Shown here: piece after piece, positions 11,544-23,499 of the stretch
Layout of the letters: the number at the start of each line of letters is the position of its first letter
Position numbering within the stretch: the stretch's first letter is position 1
NCBI GenBank assembly: GCA_963733195.1
Contig: CAVTCR010000019.1
Location: forward strand, 89,553-153,552
Source of the DNA: an uncultured delta proteobacterium
Lineage (GTDB): Bacteria > Desulfobacterota > Binatia > Bin18
DNA: 64,000 nt
Direction of reading: 5' to 3'
Program-made: the position numbers and the translations under genes
The notes under the pieces: model-generated
Seen by the model: only the letters and a program-made list of their open reading frames with translations
Databases searched by the model: none
Told to the model about the DNA's origin: nothing

Positions 11544-12711
11544 CTATTTGCCTTTCACTGCGGCAACGATCTTCTGCGCAGCATCGGCTAAATCGTTAGC
11601 TGGGGTAATGTTGAGACCGGACTCAGCAAGAATCTTTTTGCCTTGCTCAACATTGGTTCCTTCCAATCTCACAACCAGTGGAACTGACAGTTTGACTTGT
11701 TTAGCCGCCTCAACCACGCCCGTGGCTACGACATCACAGCGCATGATGCCACCAAAGATGTTGACTAACACACCTTTGACATTTTTATCTGAGAGAATGA
11801 TCTTGAACGCTTCAGTCACTTTCTCTGTCGTGGCACCGCCACCGACATCAAGGAAGTTGGCTGGCTCAGCGCCGTAAAACTTGATGATGTCCATCGTCGC
11901 CATTGCCAACCCAGCGCCGTTGACCATGCAGCCAATGCTGCCATCAAGCGCAATGTAACTGAGGTCAAACTTTGAGGCCTCAACTTCTTTGGGATTCTCC
12001 TCGGTAATGTCGCGCATCTCACGCAGATCCGCATGACGAAAGAGCGCGTTATCATCGAAACCCATTTTGGCATCGAGAGCGACGAGGTCACCAGACTTCG
12101 TCAATACGAGCGGGTTAATTTCGACCATTGAGGCATCGCTATCCATGAACGCCCGGTAGAGTGCCCGCATGAATCCAACCGCTTTATTCACTGAATCTTT
12201 CGGCAGTCCGAGACCAAAGGCGAGCTTGCGGCCCTGGAAATCATTAAAGCCAATCGCTGGATCAATCGTGGCACGCAGGATCTTTTCAGGCGCGCGCTCA
12301 GCAACTTCTTCGATCTCGACCCCACCTTCAGAACTGGCCATAACGGTGACGCGGGACGTCACACGATCAATCACCATACCAAGGTAGTATTCCTTGGCGA
12401 TGTCACAGCCTTGTTCGACAAAGACCTTCAGTACTTCTTTGCCTTCAGGCCCAGTCTGATGGGTCACCAGTTTTTTTCCTAAGAATTGCCGCGGCATGCT
12501 GCTTCGCCTCTTGGGGAGTCTTGGCGAGTTTGACCCCACCGGCTTTGCCACGCCCACCGGCATGAATCTGCGCTTTGACGACGCATAACCCACCACCTAA
12601 CGCATTGGCCGCAGCTTCGGCTTCGTCCGCGGTCGTAGCGACCTTACCGTTCAGTACCGCAACACCATACTTCCTAAGAATGTCTTTGGCTTGGTATTCA
12701 TGGATATTCAT
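11544..12711 (-). CDS. sucC: Succinyl-CoA ligase beta subunit (one frameshift near 12490)
   Basis: MNIHEYQAK...[17 protein letters not shown] joined to ...[30 protein letters not shown]. Confidence 0.95.
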
Positions 12712-12784
12712 AGTAGTCCTCGCCGAGGGACAGCGGCAGATGCGGAGGGACTCAGCAGCGCCGGGTCCCTATCTCGCGCCTAAC

Positions 12785-13138
12785 CTAAATAGAGACAATC
12801 GTCATCACTGCAATGAGCATGATCAGTAATGCTCCCCCGTAGCACAGGTACGCAATCGGAGTGGCATAGGCTCTCCAGCCTGTATCGTACAGCGTGTGGC
12901 GGATACGATGCATGCAGTGAAAAACCGGAACAGAAAAAAGCACGATGAGATAGAGCTTTGCTAACGGATGAGAAAGCAGTGCATGTATCCGGTCATAGGA
13001 AAACGTATCTGCTGGTCCCCACCAGAACGGAATCGCAAATCCCAGCAGAAGGATATGGATAGGAACGAGTAAAGCGGAAACTACGCCACCAGCAGAAAAA
13101 ATCGCCCACCAAAACGCTTCGCCCCGAGCCCTCACCAT
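12785..13138 (-). CDS. frdD: Fumarate reductase membrane anchor D
   Basis: EAFWWAIFSAGG...HCMHRIRHTLYD, E. coli FrdD-like, three TM helices. Confidence 0.85.
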   Translation of the reverse strand: MVRARGEAFWWAIFSAGGVVSALLVPIHILLLGFAIPFWWGPADTFSYDRIHALLSHPLAKLYLIVLFSVPVFHCMHRIRHTLYDTGWRAYATPIAYLCYGGALLIMLIAVMTIVSI

Positions 13139-13140
13139 AG

Positions 13141-13527
13141 TTAGCTCCACGTCGCAATCAGAAAAATAATGACCGAAATCGTTAACCAACCGACATAATT
13201 AGGCGCGATGAGAAACGCGTCAGGAAGCTTCTCTTCTCCTCTGCGCACCACCACTGCTTTCGGCGTAAGGTTGAACCAGGTACTGGTGTGATAACAGGCC
13301 GCAATGAGTGCAGCAAGGTGAAAGAAAAATGACCACGGAGAAGAGAGTCGTTGCAAAAAGGCGCTGTACGCCTCTGGTCCGCGGGCCAGGTTGTATAAAA
13401 AAAGTAAGAAGATGATCAGGAACGCGAGCACGAAGACAGCCGTCAGTTCGCGAAACATGAAGAGCCGGTAGTTATGGTTCTTCAACCACCACGTATTGGA
13501 GACCGGGCGTCGATAGACTTCACTCAT
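13141..13527 (-). CDS. frdC: Fumarate reductase membrane anchor C
   Basis: [24 protein letters not shown]...[12 protein letters not shown]. Confidence 0.88.
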   Translation of the reverse strand: MSEVYRRPVSNTWWLKNHNYRLFMFRELTAVFVLAFLIIFLLFLYNLARGPEAYSAFLQRLSSPWSFFFHLAALIAACYHTSTWFNLTPKAVVVRRGEEKLPDAFLIAPNYVGWLTISVIIFLIATWS

Positions 13528-14270
13528 CGTGACCCCCAAGGCGTAAGCACTGATTTTACGAGATCCAACGCCCCACCTACTTTGGCTTGCTGAATAGCGC
13601 CGGCAGGATCAACATCTTTCGGACACACCTCTGAACATTCACCGACAAAGGTACACTCCCAGATCCCCTCATGACGGAAGATCACATCGTGTCGTTCTTC
13701 CTGACCCTGATCACGGGAGTCCAGATTGTACCGTTGCGCAAGGGCGATCGCCGCTGGACCGACAAACGAAGATTCAAGGCCATAGATCGGGCAGGCTGCA
13801 TAACATAACAAACAGTTAATGCACATGCTGAACTGCTTGAAGGTAGCGAGTTCAGCCGGACTTTGCAGATATTCGCCTTCTGAAACGGGTTTCTCTTCTT
13901 TACGGATAATAAAGGGCTTCACTTCTTTGAGCTTGTGCACGAAGTCCGTGATGTTAACAATCAAGTCGCGTTCAACTGGGAAGTTCGCCAACGGTTCGAC
14001 ACGTACAGGACCAGGGTAGTAATCCTTGAGGAATGCGGCGCAGGTCAGCTTGGGAGTGCCGTTCACCATCATGCCGCAACTACCACACACCCCCATGCGG
14101 CAGGACCAACGATACGATATTGAACCATCAACCTGGTCTTTAAGGTAGTTGAGCGCATCCAACACGACCCAGTCGTCATGGAACGGGACCGTAAAATTCT
14201 GAAAGATCGGTTCTTTCTCAGTCTCCGGTCGATAGCGGAAGACTTCTAAGGTGATCGTGCGCTCAGCCAT
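13524..14270 (-). CDS. frdB: Fumarate reductase iron-sulfur subunit
   Basis: [38 protein letters not shown]; TAATG coupling to frdA. Confidence 0.93.
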   Translation of the reverse strand: MAERTITLEVFRYRPETEKEPIFQNFTVPFHDDWVVLDALNYLKDQVDGSISYRWSCRMGVCGSCGMMVNGTPKLTCAAFLKDYYPGPVRVEPLANFPVERDLIVNITDFVHKLKEVKPFIIRKEEKPVSEGEYLQSPAELATFKQFSMCINCLLCYAACPIYGLESSFVGPAAIALAQRYNLDSRDQGQEERHDVIFRHEGIWECTFVGECSEVCPKDVDPAGAIQQAKVGGALDLVKSVLTPWGSR

Positions 14271-16030
14271 TATTTCTCTCCGTATGTCCGTTCCGCCGGT
14301 GGCCAGTTCGTTATCACTACTTTGAGATAATCGATACGAGGAGGCCCGCCTGGGGTACAATACGCTAACGAATGCGCCAGGAAGTTCTCGTCGTCACGCT
14401 TCGGATGATCTGTCCGTTGATGCGAGCCACGTGATTCTTTCCGATTCACCGCACTGTGAGCCACAGTCTCAGCAATTTCGAGCATATTTTCGAGTTCGAG
14501 CACTGAGGTCAGCTCTGTGTTGTAGGTATTACTACGGTCGTCAAGCGTGACCCCTTTGAAGCGATCCTTCAGTTCCGCCAACTTGTCGCAGGTGGCTTTC
14601 AGTGGGGCTTCAAGGCGATAGATCCCTGCCCCTTCTTCCATCGTTTTCGTCATTTCAGTACGAATTGTAGCGATACGTTCTTTGCCATCAGTTTTGGCAA
14701 TGAAGTTCTTACGTACCCGCTCTTGCTCGTCCTTTGCTTGCGATTCGAGGGCCGGAGTATCAATCTTCTTTTGCTCTTTGGCAAACGTTGCCGCAGCTTG
14801 ACCAGCACGCGCGCCAAACACGAGCAACTCGGTGAGAGAGTTCGAGCCTAACCGATTCGCGCCATTAATACTGACGCAGGCCGTCTCACCGGCAGCAAAC
14901 AACCCAGAGATCGAAGTCGCAGCGTTAATATCAGTGTGTACGCCACCCATCATGTAGTGCACAACCGGACGGACAGGGATCGGTTCATAGACTGGATCGA
15001 TGCCCGCATAGTTCCTGGCCAGTTCGCGCACGAACGGCAACTTCTTCATGATCTTGTATTCGCCGAGATGGCGAATATCGAGATGCACGACATCGCCATA
15101 GGGACCAGGGATCGTGTTGCCTTTGTCACGTTCCTTCATGAAGCACTGCGAGAGCTTGTCGCGCGGTCCAAGTTCCATCGTGCGTAACTGTGGATGTTTT
15201 GGGTCATGAATATCAAGTGGTTTGCCTAATGCGTAGTCTTGCAAATAACGATAGCCATTCTTGTTGAGGAGAATCCCACCTTCTCCACGCGCAGCCTCGG
15301 TGATCAAAATTCCTGTCCCAGGAAGTCCAGTCGGATGATACTGAACAAACTCCATGTCTTTCAGCGCTGCTCCAGCGCGATAGGCCAGAGCCATGCCATC
15401 GCCGGTCTTAATCGCACCGTTGGTGGTAAACGGGAAGATGCGACCACCACCACCAGTACACAGAACCACAGCCTTGGCGAGAATCGGTTGCATGAGTCCA
15501 CTACGCATCTCGATCGCCGTCACCCCCTGGCAACGTCCATTCTCGATGAGCAGTTTAGTCGCAAACCATTCATCATAACGCTGGATCGACTCGTATTTGA
15601 GTGAAGTTTGGAACAACGCATGGAGCAGATGAAACCCGGTCTTATCGGCAGCAAACCAGGTGCGCTCGATTCGCATACCGCCAAAGGGACGAACAGCTAC
15701 ATGACCGTCCGGTTCACGGCTCCAGGGGCAACCCCAGTGTTCCAACTGAATCAGTTCGGCGGTAGCAGACTTCACGAACAGTTCGACAACATCCTGATCT
15801 GCCAGCCAGTCTGCACCGCTAATAGTATCTTTGATATGTTCTTCTAAGGTATCGTTGGCCTTGATGACACCGGCAGTGCCACCTTCAGCAGCCACGGTGT
15901 GACTGCGCATCGGATAGACCTTAGAAACGACGGCAATGTTGAGCTTCGGGTCGGCTTCAGCCGCGGCAATGGCGGCCCGTAGCCCTGCTCCACCACCACC
16001 GATGATGAGGACATCATGCACGAGTGCCAT
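14270..16030 (-). CDS. frdA: Fumarate reductase flavoprotein subunit
   Basis: [10 protein letters not shown] covalent-FAD motif of FrdA type, [22 protein letters not shown]. Confidence 0.93.
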   Translation of the reverse strand: MALVHDVLIIGGGGAGLRAAIAAAEADPKLNIAVVSKVYPMRSHTVAAEGGTAGVIKANDTLEEHIKDTISGADWLADQDVVELFVKSATAELIQLEHWGCPWSREPDGHVAVRPFGGMRIERTWFAADKTGFHLLHALFQTSLKYESIQRYDEWFATKLLIENGRCQGVTAIEMRSGLMQPILAKAVVLCTGGGGRIFPFTTNGAIKTGDGMALAYRAGAALKDMEFVQYHPTGLPGTGILITEAARGEGGILLNKNGYRYLQDYALGKPLDIHDPKHPQLRTMELGPRDKLSQCFMKERDKGNTIPGPYGDVVHLDIRHLGEYKIMKKLPFVRELARNYAGIDPVYEPIPVRPVVHYMMGGVHTDINAATSISGLFAAGETACVSINGANRLGSNSLTELLVFGARAGQAAATFAKEQKKIDTPALESQAKDEQERVRKNFIAKTDGKERIATIRTEMTKTMEEGAGIYRLEAPLKATCDKLAELKDRFKGVTLDDRSNTYNTELTSVLELENMLEIAETVAHSAVNRKESRGSHQRTDHPKRDDENFLAHSLAYCTPGGPPRIDYLKVVITNWPPAERTYGEK

Positions 16031-16148
16031 GCCTATTCTTCAGCCTCCTGTTTTGGGCTTTCCTGGCTCGTCGGCTTCACGCGATCTGTGTCTGTTGGAG
16101 TGTGAGACCGGGGGCAAAATGCCAAAATTTACTGGACCTGTCTAGGGC

Positions 16149-16715
16149 TTAGTCTTCTTGCGCGTACTGCTTCCGTCCCTCTTCATAAAGATCAGCCCCA
16201 TAGGTGTCATCAATCACAATCACCGGAAAATCCTCAACAACCAAACGACGGATTGCCTCAGTACCTAAATCTTCGTAGGCAATGATTTCTGCACTTTTGA
16301 TGTATTTCGACAGCAATGCACCAGTCCCGCCGACTGCACCGAAGTAGATGCATTTATGCTGTTTCATTGCGTCTCTTACGGGCATGGAGCGTGCCCCTTT
16401 ACCGATCATCCCTTTGAGGCCCAACGCCATCAGCTTTGGTGCATAGGAATCCATCCGTCCACCGGTCGTTGGTCCCGCCGAGCCAATCACCATTCCCGGA
16501 CGTGGCGGTGTGGGCCCAACATAATAAATAATTTGCCCACGAACATCGATCGGCAACGACTTTCCCTCATCAAGCAGATCGATCAATCGCTTATGAGCGG
16601 CATCACGACCAGTGAGGAGCATACCAGAGAGGCGGACACGGTCACCGGCGTGCAAGCTTGTGACCACATCGTCAGAGAGTGGAGTCGTCAGTCGTCGGAC
16701 TTCGTCACCTGCCAT
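16149..16715 (-). CDS. Class I fumarate hydratase beta subunit
   Basis: GRDAAHKRL, GPTTGGRMD, MIGKG; context. Confidence 0.9.
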   Translation of the reverse strand: MAGDEVRRLTTPLSDDVVTSLHAGDRVRLSGMLLTGRDAAHKRLIDLLDEGKSLPIDVRGQIIYYVGPTPPRPGMVIGSAGPTTGGRMDSYAPKLMALGLKGMIGKGARSMPVRDAMKQHKCIYFGAVGGTGALLSKYIKSAEIIAYEDLGTEAIRRLVVEDFPVIVIDDTYGADLYEEGRKQYAQED

Positions 16716-16727
16716 ATGCTGCGCTCC

Positions 16728-17570
16728 TTATAGTACCGCTTCTTTGTGGCGATGCGCATGACATTCGATCGTCACCGCCACCGGCAAACTGGTGATATGA
16801 CAGGGATAGGTATTGATATGAATCGCAAATGCGGTGGTATCGCCGCCGTATCCTTGTGGACCAATTCCGAGCTTATTGGCTTTGGTCAGCAGTTCTTGCT
16901 CAAGCGCATTGATTTCAGCATTAGGGTTCGGCTCACCAATACTACGGAAGAGTGAACGCTTAGAGAGTAGTGCCGCTTTCTCAAACGTGCCGCCGATACC
17001 CACACCCGCAATCAGTGGCGGGCAGGCATCCGGCCCGGCAGTTTTGATGCATTCGATGACAAAGTTCTTCGCGCCTTCAATGCCTTCAGCTGGAGTGCAC
17101 ATCTTGTATTTGCTGCGATTCTCACAGCCACCACCTTTGGCCATCACCATCAAGGTCAGTTTGTCGCCGGGGACAATCTGCGTATGCACAATCGCCGGAG
17201 TGTTGTCGCCAGTATTTTTGCGGTTGAAAGGATCGCCGACGATCGACGCCCGTAGATAGCCCTCTTTGTAACCGCGTCGCACGCCTTCATTGATGGCGTC
17301 TTCCATGAAGCCACCAGCTATGTGGACGTCTTGACCAATGTCGGCAAAGCAGATGACAAAGCCGGTATCCTGGCAATAGGGCAAGCGTTGCGTCCGCGAG
17401 ATCTGGGCATTTTCCTTAATCATCTCGAGTGCACCACGCCCAGCCGGTGAACGCTCCGTGCTCAGCGCTTTGTCAAACGCATTGAGCATGTCATCACCAA
17501 GAACGAAATTGGCTTCCATACACAACTGAATGATGGTGTCGGTGATTTTTTGCGCTTCGATAGTTCGCAT
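16728..17570 (-). CDS. Class I fumarate hydratase alpha subunit
   Basis: CQDTG, NTGDNTPA, KGGGCEN, ACPP, GIGPQGYGG, CHAHRH. Confidence 0.9.
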   Translation of the reverse strand: MRTIEAQKITDTIIQLCMEANFVLGDDMLNAFDKALSTERSPAGRGALEMIKENAQISRTQRLPYCQDTGFVICFADIGQDVHIAGGFMEDAINEGVRRGYKEGYLRASIVGDPFNRKNTGDNTPAIVHTQIVPGDKLTLMVMAKGGGCENRSKYKMCTPAEGIEGAKNFVIECIKTAGPDACPPLIAGVGIGGTFEKAALLSKRSLFRSIGEPNPNAEINALEQELLTKANKLGIGPQGYGGDTTAFAIHINTYPCHITSLPVAVTIECHAHRHKEAVL

Positions 17571-17612
17571 AGTGGCTGTTCCCCGCACTCAAAAGAGACA
17601 CGCAACACGTCA

Positions 17613-17755
17613 CTAGTACTCTGTCCAAATGAAGATGCGGGGTTGTCATTGCGAGCGTAGCGAAGCAATCTCTGTGAGGATACTGTGTCGACGAGATTGC
17701 TTCGTCGCTCCGCTCCTCGCAATGACCCCTCAAAACCACCTGGACGGAGTACTAG
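17613..17755. mobile_element. MITE-like element with terminal inverted repeats and an internal REP-like palindrome
   Basis: CTAGTACTCTGTCCAAATG ... CACCTGGACGGAGTACTAG termini; internal GTCATTGCGAG..GAAGCAATCTC / GAGATTGCTTC..CTCGCAATGAC. Confidence 0.75.
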
Positions 17756-17851
17756 GTCTTCTCTTGCTTTTACGCTTTTTTCTTAACCTCACAAGTTGGG
17801 ATAGTGTGAAATCAACAGAGCTTTGACATTAGTTACGATAATCGTTCTCTT

Positions 17852-18946
<1,095 letters not shown>

Positions 18947-19000
18947 TCACGACCGCGTCGTCGCGTTAGGACTCACCCCACGGATCGTGAGCAAACCAGG

Positions 19001-19110
19001 TTCCTATATGTAGCCAGAAAATGTTCCTACCTATAGCCGTATAGAGCTGGCTACCCATAGACCGTTCTGGCTATTCGTAGGAAGATGTTTCTGCTAATAG
19101 CCAGGAGCAT
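19001..19110. repeat. Array of five ~21-23 nt degenerate motifs in mixed orientation
   Basis: Consensus TTCCTA-N4-TAGCCAG at 19001, 19024 and 19088 (+) and at 19047 and 19065 (-). Confidence 0.6.
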
Positions 19111-19255
19111 TGCCGTTCAATTAAAGTTAGCCTATGCAAAGCTACAGTGCTCCAGGTGAAAATCAGCTGGACAAATCATGTGTCGAGTTCAGAGAATGAG
19201 TTGACGCTTGGACGTCGAAATATCGGTTCGGGCGTTGGGAAAAGAAGAGGAAGAA

Positions 19256-20128
19256 ATGTCAAAAAAAGTCGCTCTGGTGACCGGAAGTAATAAAGGGATC
19301 GGTAAAGAGATCGTCCGCACCTTGGCTGCCTATGGCTACACGGTCTATCTGGGCGCTCGAAACGAGCAACGTGGCCACGCCGCAGCCCAGGAACTTGTGA
19401 GTGCAGGGGGCGACGTCCGTTTTGTCAAGATCGATCTCACCGACTCAGAAACGATCCATGCTGCCGCTGAGAAGGTGAGAGATGAAGTAGGAAAGCTCGA
19501 CGTGTTGATCAATAACGCCGGTGTCGCCCTTGAGGCGGAGCCGCCCAGCACGGCGAACCTCGCGTTCCTCAAAGCGACGTTCCAGACGAACTACTTTGGC
19601 ATGGTGGAGGTGACGCAGGCCTTCCTGCCGTTGCTGCGCGCCTCTACTACTCGCGTGATCCTTAATGTCACGAGCGGCTTGGGGTCGATCACCAAACACA
19701 CCGACCCATCGTGGGAGTTTGGCGGCTTTCCCTTGCTCGGCTACAACTCTTCGAAAGCGGCGGTCAATATGTTCACCGTGCTCCTTGCAAAGGAACTCCG
19801 AGCAGAAGGCTTTAAGGTGAATGCGGTGAGTCCTGGCTATACCGCAACGGACTTAAACCAGTTCCGGGGCCATGAGACCGTGGAAGAAGCAGCGGCGTAT
19901 CTCGTGCAGTATGCCTTGCTAGATGAGCAGGGACCTACGGCTGGTTTCTTCGCCAAAGGAGAGGGGACACTGCCCTGGCAGGGAAGACAGTTGCCGTCGA
20001 CTCTGTGCGGAACTGTCGCGCTCGTTCTTCTTCTCAGAGACCGGGGTGAAGATGAACGAGAGGGAAAAGGATTGGCAAAAGGGGCATCCATTCCAACGCC
20101 GAAGAAGAACCTGAGGAAGATGCGATAG
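19256..20128 (+). CDS. SDR oxidoreductase (carbonyl-reductase-like), probable gene cassette with C-terminal read-through
   Basis: TGSNKGIG, NNAG, YNSSK, VSPGYTATDLN; the family normally ends at ...LPW. Confidence 0.88.
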   Translation: MSKKVALVTGSNKGIGKEIVRTLAAYGYTVYLGARNEQRGHAAAQELVSAGGDVRFVKIDLTDSETIHAAAEKVRDEVGKLDVLINNAGVALEAEPPSTANLAFLKATFQTNYFGMVEVTQAFLPLLRASTTRVILNVTSGLGSITKHTDPSWEFGGFPLLGYNSSKAAVNMFTVLLAKELRAEGFKVNAVSPGYTATDLNQFRGHETVEEAAAYLVQYALLDEQGPTAGFFAKGEGTLPWQGRQLPSTLCGTVALVLLLRDRGEDEREGKGLAKGASIPTPKKNLRKMR

Positions 20129-20200
20129 TCTCACGACGAGAAACATACTGGGACTTGGGATGGAACCTTGAATTTGGCAACTGGGCGAGTAACCTTTACA

Positions 20201-20298
20201 GGCTAACTCTTCCGTGCTCGGGACCGCCGCCCGCGTGCGGTTTTGAGTGAACACGAAGGGATATGGTGAGACCGCGGCGGGTGACTGCAACGTTAGCC
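20201..20298 (+). mobile_element. Integron attC site
   Basis: Complementary core sites GGCTAAC ... GTTAGCC 98 bp apart, internal CCGCCGC/GCGGCGG pairing, similar to 21431-21527. Confidence 0.7.
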
Positions 20299-20329
20299 AT
20301 CAATCCAATCGAGAGGGGGAGATACATTT

Positions 20330-21382
20330 ATGTCAACACAAGAGCCGGTTACAACGCCCACCACTCCGCCACCCTTTGTGGCGCTCTTTCAGATGGTGAC
20401 CGGGTACTACATCTCCCAGGCGCTTTACGTCGCCGCCAAACTCGGGATTGCCGATGTGCTCAAGGATGGTCCGCGCCATTACACTACGCTTGCCCAACTC
20501 ACGGGCACCCATGCCCCCTCGCTCTATCGCCTCTTACGGCTCCTCGCCAGTGCTGGAGTATGCGACGAACAGGAGAAGGGGCACTTTGGGTTGACCGCCA
20601 TTGGAGCCTATCTCCAAACGGATATCCCTGGTTCTTTGCACGCCATCGCCTTACAGTTCGCTGGGCCATGGCACTCGCGCGGGTGGAGCGACCTTTTATA
20701 CAGCGTACAGACGGGCGAGATTGCCTTTGACCATCTCTTTGGGATGGGTGTCTTTCCATATCTCACGCAGCATCCAGACGAGGCGGCGATCTTCGACGCA
20801 GCCATGACCGCCTTCTCTACGCAGGCTGCTGCGGCAGTGGTCACGGCTTATGATTTCTCAGCGTTGGGGACAATTGTCGATATAGGCGGTGGGCACGGAG
20901 CATTGCTGAGAGCCATTCTGCAAGCAACTCCAACTGCGCGTGGTCTCCTCTTTGACTTGCCCCACGTTGTCGAAGGGGCCAAGAGGCAGATAGAGGCCGC
21001 TGGCCTAGCGGAGCGGTGTGCGGTGGTGGGGGGAGACTTCTTCACAGCGGTACCGAGTGGCGGCGATGCCTATATTCTCTCGGAAGTCATCCATGACTGG
21101 GATGATGAGCGAAGCCTGACGATTCTCAAAAATTGCCACCGCGCCATGAATAAAAAGGGAAGACTTTTGCTCGTCGAGTTAGTCTTGCCGGCACGGATAG
21201 ATCAGTCTCCGACAAGCCAGATCATCGTCGGCAGCGACGTCAACATGCTCGTACTCGCCGGTGGGCGCGAACGGACAGAGGCTGAGTTTAGGGTGCTCTT
21301 CGAGGCGGCAGGGTTTAAGCTGACCAAGATCATTCCCACCCAAGGTTTGGCGAGCGTAGTTGAAGGGATACGCCTAGAGTAA
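20330..21382 (+). CDS. SAM-dependent O-methyltransferase (Methyltransf_2 with dimerisation domain), attC-flanked cassette
   Basis: VDIGGGHG, GGDFF, VIHDWDDE, GGRERTEAEF. Confidence 0.92.
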   Translation: MSTQEPVTTPTTPPPFVALFQMVTGYYISQALYVAAKLGIADVLKDGPRHYTTLAQLTGTHAPSLYRLLRLLASAGVCDEQEKGHFGLTAIGAYLQTDIPGSLHAIALQFAGPWHSRGWSDLLYSVQTGEIAFDHLFGMGVFPYLTQHPDEAAIFDAAMTAFSTQAAAAVVTAYDFSALGTIVDIGGGHGALLRAILQATPTARGLLFDLPHVVEGAKRQIEAAGLAERCAVVGGDFFTAVPSGGDAYILSEVIHDWDDERSLTILKNCHRAMNKKGRLLLVELVLPARIDQSPTSQIIVGSDVNMLVLAGGRERTEAEFRVLFEAAGFKLTKIIPTQGLASVVEGIRLE

Positions 21383-21430
21383 CGCCGGGCACGAGGAAGC
21401 GCAGTATGGATGACCAACGAAGGCGTTAAC

Positions 21431-21527
21431 GGCTAACATGCCGCGCCACCGCATCGCCGCCCGGTTGCGGATCTGCTGAAGCTGAAAGGCCGCGTTTGGG
21501 CGGCTCGCGGTGCGCGGGGCGTTAGAC
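21431..21527 (+). mobile_element. Integron attC site
   Basis: GGCTAAC ... GTTAGAC; stem CGCGC-[C]-ACCGC..GCCGCCC..GCGG pairs with CCGC..GGGCGGC..GCGGT-GCGCG, leaving an extrahelical base. Confidence 0.85.
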
Positions 21528-21554
21528 TCCAAAACAACAAACAGAGAGATGACC

Positions 21555-22450
21555 ATGCAATTTGGAATCTATGTCCCAAACTTTGGAGAGAACGGAGACC
21601 CCCACAACCTTTTGACCCTTGCCGAGTGAGGCCGAAGCTGCTGGCTGAGATGGCTTCTTTCTCTGAGAGCACCTCCTCCACGATTCTCGGGAGGCTGATA
21701 TCCTGGTCGGGGACGCTCTGGAATCGCTGGCCGCCATCGTGGCCCGAACGGAGCGAATGCGACTGGGTCCGATGATTACTCCCGTTGAATGTCGATCAGC
21801 CCCTGGAAGCTGACGCTTGAATTGGTGTAGCTTCATCAACCGCCTGTCACTCGGAGGCGCGATCCTGGGACTTGGCCTGAGGGCACCGGCAGATGCGGAA
21901 TTTCAATGCTTTGGCGAAGATCCTGCGGATCGAGTGCGAGCGCGCAAGCTTGACGAAGCGCTAGGTATTCTCGACGGGCTGGAACGTGGGGAGAGCTTCC
22001 ACCGAGCAAGGGGAGTATTTCCACATTGAAGGAAGTGACATTCAACGCACCCGACCGGTGAAGACGCCACACGCTCGGATCTGGGTAGCTGGCTTTTGGC
22101 CCAATAAGGCCCCACTGCGCCGGGCCGCGCGCTGGGAACGGAAGTTTTCCTTTGAAGATGCCCCCTGTACCCATAATAGGCCTCTCGCCAAGCAACATTA
22201 CGTGGTCGGCCTTGTGGCTTACCCCGGACAGAGCTGCGGGAGAGCATCACCTTCGTGAGGCAGCACCGCACCACGGATGGGCACTTTGACATCGTTGCCA
22301 GTGGCGCGACGTCAGTCAACGAGTGAAGCAAGTCAGCAAGAGATCGTCACTGCCTTCCGGGAGGCTGGGCGACCTGTGGCTGGAGTGGCTTGAGAACAGC
22401 GAGAGGACTTTTGTGTTGAATATGAAGGACAGCTGGCGGCGGACAGAGCG
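21555..22450 (+). pseudogene. LLM-class (luciferase-like) oxidoreductase pseudogene
   Basis: MQFGIYVPNFG..EAEAAG*DGFFL*EH.., RTERMRLGPMITP, PRIWVAGFWPNKAPLRRAARW; in-frame TGA at 21646 and 21664 plus indels; 3' end approximate. Confidence 0.75.
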
Positions 22451-22469
22451 CAGAGCGGGCGTGAGTAGC

Positions 22470-22491
22470 GTAGCCCGGATGAAATCCGGGA
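22470..22491. repeat. GTAG-type REP
   Basis: GTAGCCCGGATGAAATCCGGGA; homolog at 23863. Confidence 0.65.
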
Positions 22492-22519
22492 TTCCTAGCG
22501 CAATTTGCATCTGCATGAG

Positions 22520-23085
22520 TCCAGGCCTCACAAGAAATGGGTGGATGACGTCCTCTGCATTCTTGTCGGGTGGAAAGACAGGGTAAAAGACCTGCTCTAT
22601 GCGCCCGTTGCAGAGGATGAGCGTGAGCCGTTTGATTAAGATCATCGACCCTACGGCAAATGTAGGCAGTCGTAAGGCATTGGCAAAGACCAGCCGCTCG
22701 TCGCTCAAGAGTTCGAACGGGAGATGCAGTCGCTTGACGGCTTCACGTTGATAGTCCGTATCCTGGGTGCTCAGCCAAAGACCTGTGCCCCGAAGGTTTG
22801 CAGTTCACGGTAGTGGTCCCGAAAGGCGCAGGATTGTGGGGTGCAGCCTCTGGCTCCCGGGATCTCGTTCCAGCCGGTGGGCGGCTCTCGGTCCGGGTGG
22901 CCCGTACGCGGATAACAGTAGACGACGGTTCTGCCAGTGAGACTCGATAGATCGACGAGGCGCCCTGCCGTCGAGGGCAGCGGGACAGAAGGAAGGGACA
23001 TGCCTGGGAGATGGTTGCACGTCCCGTCATCGCGCGGAACCGGAAGATCCTTGGGCAGCTCGTACAGATTATCCGATCTCGGCAT
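22520..23085 (-). CDS. Peroxiredoxin (BCP/redoxin-like); frameshift near 22775; native C-terminus uncertain
   Basis: LPKDLPVPRDDG, YCYPRTG, PGARGCTPQSCAFRD, then LSTQDTDYQ..LLSD..KRLTL..VFYPVFPPD. Confidence 0.8.
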
Positions 23086-23110
23086 ACGTTCCTCCTTTCC
23101 ATGCTCCGTT

Positions 23111-23499
23111 TCACAGAGCAATTTCAACTGAGACTGTAGTGTAAGAAACCCGTGGCGATTTACGACCACGCTTCTGTGGTCCGGCCTTTTCTTCTCCAAG
23201 ATCGATGAGTCCTAGACGGGCAAGAAGGTGAACATCTGTATTGACATTCTTGAAGTCTCTTCCCGCCAGCGTAGCTAACGCCTTGATCGACTCGGGCCGT
23301 TCCTTGTGGATAAGGCGCAGCAATTCGAGCCGACGGTCAGTCAGCACCTGACGAAGTTCCTCCAACGAGGTGAAATATAACGTGTCCTGCGACCAGTGCG
23401 GATCTCGTTCCTCGTGATCCAATCGTCGCGCGATTTTCTTTTCTTCTTCCCACACCTCCTTCCACGGTTTCACAACAACATGGATTTTACGGGGCTTCA
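23111..23499 (-). CDS. HTH protein (HVO_A0114/MarR-like), probable antitoxin
   Basis: LYFTSLEELRQVLTDRRLELL...PESIKALATLAGRDFKNVNTDVHLL; overlaps the upstream small gene. Confidence 0.7.

Noticed and set aside
12445-12596. Programmed frameshift or split sucC
   Set aside because: A core enzyme with no known recoding; indels are common across the window.
17462-17826. Small ORFs containing HCEERSDEAIS or CHCERSEAIS
   Set aside because: These are translations of the palindromic MITE, not independent genes.
19001-19110. Possible CRISPR array
   Set aside because: Units are short, degenerate, in both orientations and lack spacers; no cas genes are present.
21640-21670. Two in-frame TGA codons at Trp positions suggesting UGA=Trp recoding
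   Set aside because: Intact genes here use TGG for Trp and several end in TGA (for example hydantoinase A and tail-collar paralog 2). The gene also has other lesions, so it is a pseudogene.
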